The notes beneath the pieces were generated by a model. That model saw nothing but the letters and a program-made list of their open reading frames with translations. It had not been told where the DNA came from and did not search any database. DNA of 64,000 nt, taken from the NCBI GenBank assembly GCA_965237415.1, contig CBDEFM010000002.1:160001-224000 (forward strand). The letters run 5' to 3'. The translations under genes and the position numbers were made by a program. Below are positions 10,488 through 22,236 of the stretch, piece by piece (position 1 is the first letter of the stretch; each line of letters opens with the position of its first letter). The DNA comes from Alphaproteobacteria bacterium (GTDB lineage Bacteria; Pseudomonadota; Alphaproteobacteria; UBA828).

Positions 10488-10575
10488 GCCCGCGTGGCGG
10501 AATTTGGTAGACGCAACGGACTTAAAATCCGTTGGCCCTAGGGCCGTCCCGGTTCGAGTCCGGGCGCGGGCACCA
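10488..10575 (+). tRNA. tRNA-Leu(TAA)
   Basis: GCCCGCG acceptor stem, ACGGA-CTTAAAA-TCCGT anticodon arm, long variable arm, GGTTCGAGTCC T arm, encoded CCA. Confidence 0.95.
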
Positions 10576-10664
10576 AGCAGATCGATGAGTCAGGGAGGGA
10601 AGGGGGAGTGCCGGCATCGGGCGCGGCGCCTATCGGCTCCCTCGCGTCGTAATCCGAGGCCTGA

Positions 10665-11537
10665 TTGAGCGATCCCTCCGATAGCTATTCCCAGCACGCG
10701 GCTCTCTTCACCCGGGTCTACGATCTCGGGGACCCGAGCCCCTACTTCTCCACGTTGAGGCCGACCGGTTACCGAATGCCGGTGGCGTTGGCCGGGGCGC
10801 TGGAGGCAATCCATGCGCCGCTCGGTGCCGTGCGCGGCGCCGGGCATAGCCCGAGGCTGCTGGACTTCGCCTGCGGTTACGGAGCCATCGGCGCGTTGTT
10901 GCGCCATGACGTCTCGATGGCGGAGATCTATGCCCGGTACGGCGAGCGGCAGTGGCGGCCGGACGATGGCCGGCGTTATTGGGAGGCGGACGCCGCGTTC
11001 TTCGCTGCCCGGCGGGCGGAACGGGCGGCGTTCGAGATCGCCGGTATCGACATTGCCGGAAACGCGCTCGATTACGCGTCCGCCCTGGGCTTTGTCGATC
11101 GAGCCTTTCACGAGAATCTCGTGGACGATGCTCCCAGCGATGGGCTGAAGCGCTTCCTTCATGGTGTGGACTTGGTCGTCGAAAGCGGCGCTCTGGGGGC
11201 GATGCTGCCGGTCGCGTTCGCGCGCGTTTTCGATTGTGTCGGCGACGAAAGGCCGCCCTGGTTTCTCTACAGCCCTCGTCCCGATGTGAATTGGACCGCG
11301 CTGAACGGGTTGTGGGCCGAACGGGAGTATCGCACGGAAAGCTTCTGCTCCCGGCCGGTCCGCTACCGCAAGCCGTTGGACGCGCAGGAGCGGGCGGACA
11401 TGCTTCGCCGCTCCCGAGGGTTCGGCAAGCCGGACGAGGCCATCATGCGCGACGGATATTTTCTGGTCGACCTGACGCTGGCGAGACCCGAGGCCGATGC
11501 CGGCAACCCGCCGATCGTGCAGTTGCGGGGACGCTAG
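10665..11537 (+). CDS. Class I SAM-dependent methyltransferase-like protein
   Basis: LLDFACGYG motif I and AGIDI motif II. TTG start is uncertain. Confidence 0.65.
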   Translation: MSDPSDSYSQHAALFTRVYDLGDPSPYFSTLRPTGYRMPVALAGALEAIHAPLGAVRGAGHSPRLLDFACGYGAIGALLRHDVSMAEIYARYGERQWRPDDGRRYWEADAAFFAARRAERAAFEIAGIDIAGNALDYASALGFVDRAFHENLVDDAPSDGLKRFLHGVDLVVESGALGAMLPVAFARVFDCVGDERPPWFLYSPRPDVNWTALNGLWAEREYRTESFCSRPVRYRKPLDAQERADMLRRSRGFGKPDEAIMRDGYFLVDLTLARPEADAGNPPIVQLRGR

Positions 11538-11556
11538 GCCTCTCCCTCCCAACTCT

Positions 11557-11830
11557 CCGGATCATGGTGCGCTGCACGGCGCGCGGTCCTTCCGTCAGGA
11601 TTGCGACATGAAGCGCAAGAGCGAGCGGACCACGGCAGGCGGGATGAGCGGGCGTGAGCGACCCGATTCCGCGCGCACGATGCTATCTGGCGCGCCCGCG
11701 ACCGTTCAGGCGCAGGCGACCCGGGCGTGCAAGACGCAATTTTCCGCGCGTACGACCCTTCGGGCGTGCGCGACTTGTCCCGTGGAATCCCACTTATCCC
11801 ACTTAATCCCGGCGAATCCCGCCTCAAGAA
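11557..11830 (-). repeat. Dispersed GGGAT-array element, copy 2
   Basis: Core 11779-11822 (reverse complement identical to copy 1). Second box at 11557-11574 reads CAGCGCACCATGATCCGG on -. Confidence 0.85.
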
Positions 11831-11848
11831 TAGTTTGTGTTTTGTGCG

Positions 11849-11948
11849 GGACGCGCGCGGGGCCGCGTGATGTGAAGGACGCGCGGGGGCGCGTAATATG
11901 AAGGACGCGCGGCGGCGCGTAATATGAAGGACGCGCGGCGGCGCGCGA
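11849..11948. repeat. About 26-bp tandem hairpin repeat, roughly 4 units
   Basis: GGACGCGCGGCGGCGCGTAATATGAA-like units at 11849, 11877, 11903 and 11929, each containing an ACGCGC...GCGCGT-type stem. Confidence 0.8.
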
Positions 11949-12003
11949 TGCCGGACACAAGTCGCGCTTGAGGCCGAAGCCCCGTTGCCGACGGGCGCCG
12001 GGC

Positions 12004-15600
<3,597 letters not shown>

Positions 15601-15762
15601 CGGCGCCGCCCTGCGACCCCAGCGATCGATTCCGCCCCCATCGACCACAAAGCGGCGCGCTTGTCCAACCGCCGCGGCAGCCGCTGTTCACGATGTTGCG
15701 AATTCACGACCGGCGGACGATGACGTACGATGCATCCGCTCCGGCACCTTGGAGGGAGAGCC

Positions 15763-16611
15763 ATGGCCGCGCGGCTCGTCGACCGGACGGTCGGGATCGG
15801 GGACGGCATCGATCTGCATTATATGGAGGCCGGCGCCGGCAGGCCGCTGATCATCATCCCCTCATGGTCGCTGACCGGCGCGGCCTATCGGCACCAGCTT
15901 CAGGAGCTGTCGCGAACGCGTCGCGTGATGGCGTTCGACATGCGCGGCCACGGCGACTCGACCACCCCGGCGGGCGGCTACCGCGTGAGCCGGCTCGCCG
16001 CCGATCTCCGTGCCGTCATCGAGCGGCTGGAGCTCGACCAGGTCGATCTCATGGGCCACTCGATCGGCTCATCGATCATCTGGAGCTACATCGACCTTTT
16101 CGGCGAGGACCGTCTCGGGCGGCTCGTGTTTGTGGACCAGGCGCCGTCGGTGACCGCGAAGCCCGATTGGTCGGCGGCGGACCGCGTGACTTATGGCTGC
16201 CTGTTGCCCGACCTCGATGCGCTCGCCGAGTTCTACCTGCAGGTGCTGGCCGCCGAGACCGCCGAGGCGACCGTGCCGGTGATCGCCCGCCTCTTCTCGC
16301 CGTCGCTGCCGGCAGCCGAGTTGCTCTGGTTCGCGCGGGAGATCTGCAAGCTGCCGCGCCGGCACGCGGCGGACCTGCTCTACGACCACTGTGGGCTCGA
16401 CTGGCGCGACGTGATCAAGCGGGTGCGGCGGCCGACTCTGGTGGTGGGCGCGGAGGCGAGCATCTTCTCGGCGGAGTCGCAGCGCTGGATCGCGGCGCAG
16501 ATCCCCGGTGCCGAGGTCGAGATCTTCAAGGCCGGCGAGGGCGGCTCGCACTTCATGTGCTACGAGAACCCATCCAAATTCAATGCGCTGGTGGAAGCCT
16601 TCCTCTCCTGA
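15763..16611 (+). CDS. Alpha/beta hydrolase (non-haem haloperoxidase/arylesterase-like)
   Basis: DMRGHG.S, GHSIG nucleophile, C-terminal SHFM His. Confidence 0.85.
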   Translation: MAARLVDRTVGIGDGIDLHYMEAGAGRPLIIIPSWSLTGAAYRHQLQELSRTRRVMAFDMRGHGDSTTPAGGYRVSRLAADLRAVIERLELDQVDLMGHSIGSSIIWSYIDLFGEDRLGRLVFVDQAPSVTAKPDWSAADRVTYGCLLPDLDALAEFYLQVLAAETAEATVPVIARLFSPSLPAAELLWFAREICKLPRRHAADLLYDHCGLDWRDVIKRVRRPTLVVGAEASIFSAESQRWIAAQIPGAEVEIFKAGEGGSHFMCYENPSKFNALVEAFLS

Positions 16612-16849
16612 GGCACGGCCTTTCTCCCCCACGTTGTATCCCGCTCGCTCGCTACCCGGCTTATGGCGGCGGTATTGGCACCGGCTGCCGGCCTCGGAAG
16701 CCATCATCGCGCCAATGCCGCCGCCCGGCTTCGCTCCGTTACGCCAGCCGCCAAGCCTGGATTAATAGTTATCATTGTAGTAACATTAGACCGGACCAGT
16801 CACGGAGTAACCGTCATCGGTTCAATATTCAGTTGTTGAGAGGAATATC

Positions 16850-19800
16850 GTGACAAGTAAGATAGAAAAAAGCCCGGAAATTGCGCACCAAGATCGAGTT
16901 GCGCAGGTCTATTTTGGGATGTTGAAGTGGGGCGCAGCAGGCGAGATCCTCCGTCAACGAATCGATTGGATGGCGGATCAGGCGCAGGGTCCGCGAATCC
17001 TGGACGTGGGGTGCAGCGAAGGTGTCTTGGAAATTCTCTTGGCCCGTGAGGGCTTCAACGTCACCGGTGTGGACATCAACGCCGAGGCGCTTGCCTTTGC
17101 CCGAGACCTACTCGCTCAGGAGCCGGAAGAGGTCCGCGCCCGTGTGCGCTTTGTTCACGGCGATCTGGCGCAAGCGCGTTTGCTCGACGATCGCTTCGAT
17201 ACGCTGGTGATGGGGGAGATTCTGGAGCATTTGGAGGATCCTCAAGAGTTACTGGATCGGAGCCTCGACCTCATTCGCCCGGATGGCCGGGTGATCATCA
17301 CGACACCCTTCGGGTATCATCCCGACGAAGATCATCGACAGACATTCTGTCTCTCAGATTTCATCGCGCTCGCAAAACCTCGTTGCGCTCTGGAGTATCT
17401 TCGAGTGGAAGGCGGCTACATACGCATGGTTGGCCGCGTCTCCAGTTCAACAGAGAGTTCCTGGCAGCAGCTCGACAGCGATCAGCTGCTCAGCATGACC
17501 GAGGCTGCGTCGGTGTCCTCTCAGCAGCGATTGTACGGCAATATCAGCGGGCACAAGAGGCGCGTGAGTTCGCTTGAGCAGCGGGTCAAAGAGGGTGATG
17601 ACAGGGCAGCGAAATTACAGAAGGATGTAAAGGAAGAAAGTAGCAAGGCAACTAGGCTATGGCAAGAAGTGGAGGAACGAAAGAGCAGGGAAGCTAAGCT
17701 ATGGCAAGAAGTAGAGAACCGAAAGGCCAAGGCATCTGAGCTGCGGCAAGAACTCGATGCGGGAAAGGCCAAGACAGCTGAGCTGCAGCAAGAACTCGAT
17801 GCGGGAAAGGCCAAGACAGCTGAGCTGCTGCAAGAACTCGATGCGGGAAGGGCCAAGACAGCTGAGCTGCTGCAAGAACTCGATACGGGGAAGGCCAAGA
17901 CAGCTGAGCTGCAGCAAGAACTCGATGCGGAAAGGGCCAAGACAGCTGAGCTGCTGCAAGAACTCGATGCGGGGAAGGCCAAGACAGCTGAGCTGCTGCA
18001 AGAACTCGATGCGGAAAGGGCCAAGACAGCTGAGCTGCAGCAAGAACTCGATGCGGAAAGGGCCAAGACAGCTGAGCTGCTGCAAGAACTCGATACGGGG
18101 AAGGCCAAGACAGCTGAGCTGCTGCAAGAACTCGATGCGGAAAGGGTCAAGACAGCTGAGCTGCAGCAAGAGCTCGATGCGGAAAGGGCCAAGACAGCTG
18201 AGCTGCTGCAAGAACTGGATGCGGAAAGGGTCAAGACAGCTGAGCTGCTGCAAGAACTCGATGCGGGGAAGGCCAAGACAGCTGAGCTGCTGCAAGAACT
18301 CGATGCGGGAAAGGCCAAGGCATCTAAATTGCAGCGAGAGCTTAAGAAGGCAAGAGAAGGGGAGGTCAAACTAAGGCGAAGCATTCGATGGCAGTTGGGA
18401 ACATTATTCGTCGAGGCGGCCCGTCGTCCATGGCGGGTAGTTCGACTGCCGCTCGACCTGACTCGGCTCGCTGTGGTCGCCTTCAGACGACGTTACAACG
18501 TATCCAGCAACAACGTCTCTACGCGTAACCCTTCCCATCCGTCACCCCCGATGACCAAGAATCGGGGAAACATGCGTGAGGCGCTGGCTCGTCCCGGTGG
18601 CCGCACGGAAGTGCCAACGGCAACAAGTCTGCTGTCAGCCGGTTCATCCAGCGAACAGATGGTCGATTGGATCACGGACCAAGTAGAAGGCCACAGAGTC
18701 GCGGTGGTTGGATGCGACAACACAGCATTGCTCGAATCACTGGATCAGCTGCGTTTCAATGTGCGTACCTACCAACTCGATTCCTCGGTCTCGGAACCGG
18801 TTTTGGTTAAGGGCGAAGTTGGCGATGGGTCTCAAGAGGAGCCAGGTCGTAGTTTGGTAACAGATTTCTTAATCCCCGAAGCGGAGAGAGCAGTTGGCTC
18901 ATCCGGCGAGGCAGATAGTGTAATCATATGTGAAATGCCACGAGCCGGAACGGAGCCCGAGGCAATGCTCAACTACGCACGAGATCGCCTATCGCAACCT
19001 GAAGCTAAGGTGATTATCGTTCAGCCACGGTTTAACGCCTTTCCACGAGATGGAAAGGATTCCGACCTGACATCGCTTTTGACGGCGCTGAGAACGTCCA
19101 CCGTTCCCGAGTACCTCTCGCTCGCCAACGGCAGCCTCCACTTTGTCGGCCGATTCGGCCGACCGAGTGCGGAAGTATGGTCGCAGTTTGAGTCCGGGGC
19201 ATGGCCGAAGGTGACCAATGAGGTCGTGGAATCGCTCCAGTGCCGCAAGAGCAGGGAAATCAGCGCTCTCGAGCAGCGCGTGCAGGACGTGCTGGAGAGT
19301 ACATCGTACAGGGCCGGCCAGATCCTGGTAACGTCCGCGAAGGAGCCTCGAACGCTGTGGAAGGCTCCTCTTCGACTGTGGCAACTATATCGCTCATCAT
19401 GGGCACGCACGCGGCAGAGTAATGTCGGGCCTTCGCCCTCTGGTTTAACGCCTACCATAGACATACCCGCCTTGAAGACACCCCCAACGCGGAGCGAGGG
19501 AGCTCCGGTTGTGGCGGCTATACTGGACACCTTTACGGAATATTGCTTGCGCTATGAAGCAGATCTTGTTCTTTTGACCCCGAAACAGTGGAAGCGGCAA
19601 CTGGAGCGGGCGCAACCGACATTTCTTCTAGTGGAATCGGCCTGGTCGGGAAACAACGGCGAATGGCGCTACTTGCTCACCAACTACAAGAGCCGGGACG
19701 TCAATCCTCTACGCGACTTGGTCAAGCACTGCCGCGAACACGGACTCACAACTGTGTTCTGGAACAAAGAAGACCCCCCAAATTTCGATGTCTTTATAGA

Positions 19801-21178
19801 TGCGGCGAAGGAGTTCGACTTCGTTTTTACAACCGATGCGGATTGCATACCAAAATACAAAGAGATATGCGGACATGACCAGGTGTATCTTATGGCATTT
19901 GCGTGCCAGCCACGCCTGCATAATCCTTGCCGGGACAAATCCTGGCCACGCTACCCAGTTTGTTTCGCTGGGAGTTGGATGGAGAAATATTCGGAGCGGA
20001 GGCGGTCTTTGGACGACCTGCTCGAGCCCGCTCTAGCCTTCGGATTGCATATCTTCGATCGTAATTTTAAAGTGACCGGGTATGACTCTAGGTACCGGTT
20101 TCCCGATCGCTATCAGAGTGCGATCAAGGGATCCTTGGACTACGAGCATATGCTCACCGCATATCGCTGTTACGACGTCATGGTGAATGTCAACACCGTG
20201 ACAGACTCCCCTACGATGTTCTCTCGGCGGGTATTCGAATGTCTAGCCTGTGGGACACCGGTAATTTCCACTGATTCAGTAGGTCTGCGGGCTATGGTGA
20301 GCGGCTATGTTCGAATCACGCGCAGTTCGCAGGACACGACCTCTCACTTGCAGGAGCTACTGAGCGACGAGGAGCGACGGATGCGCGAGGCGCATCTTGG
20401 ATATCGTCACGTGCACACGCATCACACTTACAGACACCGGATGAAAGAAGTGTTTCTCCAGGTTGGAGTAAAGTCGAACGGCTCCGCACGTCAGCCATCA
20501 GTGAGTGTGGTCATTGCGACGTGTCGCCCGAACAATGTAAAATTCGCCATTGAAAACTATAGGAAGCAGGTGGATGCGGAGAAGGAGCTGTTGCTGGTTC
20601 TGAACAACGCGATATTCGATGTAGAATCCATCGAGGCGCGAACTAAAGATCTCCATAATGTGCGCATCGTCCAGGTTGACGGAAGTGTGACCCTCGGGGA
20701 GAGCCTTAACATGGGAGTAAAGGAGGCGTCGGGTTACTATATTGCAAAGATGGACGACGACGATTACTACGGAGAGAACTATCTTTCTGACATGATGCTG
20801 GCAGCGGATTTCTCAGAAGCCGACATTCTCGGTAAGGGAACATACTTTGTTCATATGAAGGCCGGAAATATAACGGCGCTGCGGAGCGTCGCGAGCCAGC
20901 ATGAGTTCACAGATTTGGTTGCTGGAGCTACCTTGACAGGCCGCCGAGAAGTGCTACGAGAGATTCGTTTTCCGGATGGTACAAGGGGGGAAGATAGTAG
21001 CTTGTTGGCGAAGGCGAGCAAGGCGGGTTGCCGAATCTATTCGGCTGACGCGTTTAATATGCTGGTGGTTCGAGGGACGGATCATCGGAGACATACTTGG
21101 GATATAGGTGATTCGGATTTAAAAAAAAATTGTCGGAATATACGCTCCGGTTTGGAATGGGCGCGCGTCATGATCTGA
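16850..21178 (+). CDS. Multidomain glycan-synthesis protein: SAM methyltransferase, long coiled coil, degenerate second MT-like module, GT-B/CgeB-like glycosyltransferase, GT2 glycosyltransferase
   Basis: ILDVGCSEG, GEILEHL; 14-aa repeats; VFWNKEDPP, SRRVFECLACGT; VSVVIATCRP, AKMDDDDYYG. Lower GC than the flanks. Confidence 0.85.
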   Translation: MTSKIEKSPEIAHQDRVAQVYFGMLKWGAAGEILRQRIDWMADQAQGPRILDVGCSEGVLEILLAREGFNVTGVDINAEALAFARDLLAQEPEEVRARVRFVHGDLAQARLLDDRFDTLVMGEILEHLEDPQELLDRSLDLIRPDGRVIITTPFGYHPDEDHRQTFCLSDFIALAKPRCALEYLRVEGGYIRMVGRVSSSTESSWQQLDSDQLLSMTEAASVSSQQRLYGNISGHKRRVSSLEQRVKEGDDRAAKLQKDVKEESSKATRLWQEVEERKSREAKLWQEVENRKAKASELRQELDAGKAKTAELQQELDAGKAKTAELLQELDAGRAKTAELLQELDTGKAKTAELQQELDAERAKTAELLQELDAGKAKTAELLQELDAERAKTAELQQELDAERAKTAELLQELDTGKAKTAELLQELDAERVKTAELQQELDAERAKTAELLQELDAERVKTAELLQELDAGKAKTAELLQELDAGKAKASKLQRELKKAREGEVKLRRSIRWQLGTLFVEAARRPWRVVRLPLDLTRLAVVAFRRRYNVSSNNVSTRNPSHPSPPMTKNRGNMREALARPGGRTEVPTATSLLSAGSSSEQMVDWITDQVEGHRVAVVGCDNTALLESLDQLRFNVRTYQLDSSVSEPVLVKGEVGDGSQEEPGRSLVTDFLIPEAERAVGSSGEADSVIICEMPRAGTEPEAMLNYARDRLSQPEAKVIIVQPRFNAFPRDGKDSDLTSLLTALRTSTVPEYLSLANGSLHFVGRFGRPSAEVWSQFESGAWPKVTNEVVESLQCRKSREISALEQRVQDVLESTSYRAGQILVTSAKEPRTLWKAPLRLWQLYRSSWARTRQSNVGPSPSGLTPTIDIPALKTPPTRSEGAPVVAAILDTFTEYCLRYEADLVLLTPKQWKRQLERAQPTFLLVESAWSGNNGEWRYLLTNYKSRDVNPLRDLVKHCREHGLTTVFWNKEDPPNFDVFIDAAKEFDFVFTTDADCIPKYKEICGHDQVYLMAFACQPRLHNPCRDKSWPRYPVCFAGSWMEKYSERRRSLDDLLEPALAFGLHIFDRNFKVTGYDSRYRFPDRYQSAIKGSLDYEHMLTAYRCYDVMVNVNTVTDSPTMFSRRVFECLACGTPVISTDSVGLRAMVSGYVRITRSSQDTTSHLQELLSDEERRMREAHLGYRHVHTHHTYRHRMKEVFLQVGVKSNGSARQPSVSVVIATCRPNNVKFAIENYRKQVDAEKELLLVLNNAIFDVESIEARTKDLHNVRIVQVDGSVTLGESLNMGVKEASGYYIAKMDDDDYYGENYLSDMMLAADFSEADILGKGTYFVHMKAGNITALRSVASQHEFTDLVAGATLTGRREVLREIRFPDGTRGEDSSLLAKASKAGCRIYSADAFNMLVVRGTDHRRHTWDIGDSDLKKNCRNIRSGLEWARVMI
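17750..18337 (+). repeat. In-frame 42-bp tandem repeat, 14 units (ELDAGKAKTAELLQ)
   Basis: GAACTCGATGCGG(G/A)AA(A/G)GGCCAAGACAGCTGAGCTGC(T/A)GCAA-type unit every 42 bp. About 4 degenerate units lie upstream. Confidence 0.95.
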
Positions 21179-21550
21179 TCGTTGCAATGTGATGGTTGGA
21201 GGCATCGCGCAATTTGGGTCGTTCCATCCCGAATCGGTTAAAGCTCAAGGTCAGGTTGCAGAGTGTAGGCCTTTGGCAGTGGTAGCGGCTATGAAGCTCG
21301 GGGAGTGGCTTGCAAACGCGCGCCCCTGAAGTGGCGAGGGCAGCAGGGAAAGGGGGCCAGAGAAGCGGGGGCGACGAGGAAAATTCGCGAGAAGCACAGG
21401 CCATCCGAGCTTTGGGACAGGGCATCTGTGCTTTAGGAATGGTGCGAACGGAAGAATGGGTTGAGGTTTGACAGCTATCGGCCTTTTACCTAGCGTCGCG
21501 TACCGGCACACGGCTCGCCGGCGCCGGGGGAGGGCCCAGGGGATAGCGAT

Positions 21551-22231
21551 GTGACGATCGGGGCGGTCCTTCCGGTCAAGGATTTCAGCCACGCCAAGCA
21601 GCGGCTGGCGGGCTTCCTCAGCGCGGTCGAGCGCCGGCTGTTGTCCGAGGCCATGGCCGAAGACGTGCTGGAGACTCTCTCTCAAGTGTCGGAATTGTCG
21701 GAGATCATCGTGGTGACCCGCGACGAGCGGGCCCGCGAACTCGCCGCCCGCCACGGGGCACGGGTACTTGCGGAACCCTCCAACGACGGCCAGAGCGCGG
21801 CGGTGGAGAGGGCTGCCGCGGCGCTGGGCCGCGCCGGCGTGGAGAGTTTGCTTCATGTGCCGGGCGACGTACCCGGCGCGAGCGGGGACGAGATCGCAGC
21901 GGTGATGGCGGCGCACGGGAGCGCGAGCGATGGCGCGGCGGCGGTGACACTGGTGCCATCCCACGATCGGCGCGGCACTAACTGCGTGCTTTGCTCGCCG
22001 CCTAACGTGTTGCCATTCGCCTTCGGCCACGAGAGTTTCGGGCCTCACTGCGAAGCGGCGCGCGCGCAAGGCATCGCGCCCCGGATCATGGCGCTGCCGG
22101 GCCTCGGCCTCGATATCGACACGCCCGACGACCTGCGCGGCTTCTTGGCGCGGCCGGCCGCAGGCCGCACCCTCGACTATCTCCGTGAGAGCGGTATCGC
22201 CGAGCGCCTCCTGGTAACCGACGCGGCCTGA
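21551..22231 (+). CDS. cofC: 2-phospho-L-lactate/PEP guanylyltransferase (F420 synthesis)
   Basis: PVKDFSHAKQRL, GTN, FG..SF..H, LDIDTPDDL. Confidence 0.9.
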   Translation: MTIGAVLPVKDFSHAKQRLAGFLSAVERRLLSEAMAEDVLETLSQVSELSEIIVVTRDERARELAARHGARVLAEPSNDGQSAAVERAAAALGRAGVESLLHVPGDVPGASGDEIAAVMAAHGSASDGAAAVTLVPSHDRRGTNCVLCSPPNVLPFAFGHESFGPHCEAARAQGIAPRIMALPGLGLDIDTPDDLRGFLARPAAGRTLDYLRESGIAERLLVTDAA

Positions 22232-22236
22232 GGCGG

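Noticed and set aside
10488-10575. tRNA-Leu as the attachment site of an integrated island
   Set aside because: I found no duplicated tRNA 3' end and no integrase in the window.
11849-11948. 26-bp hairpin repeats as a mini-CRISPR
   Set aside because: There are no variable spacers and no leader or cas genes.
17750-18337. 42-bp repeats as a CRISPR array
   Set aside because: Units are contiguous, have no unique spacers and lie in frame inside a CDS. No cas genes are present.
17521-18384. Cys/Ser-rich repeat ORFs in other frames of the 42-bp array
   Set aside because: They are by-products of a stop-free tandem repeat and lack independent starts or RBS.
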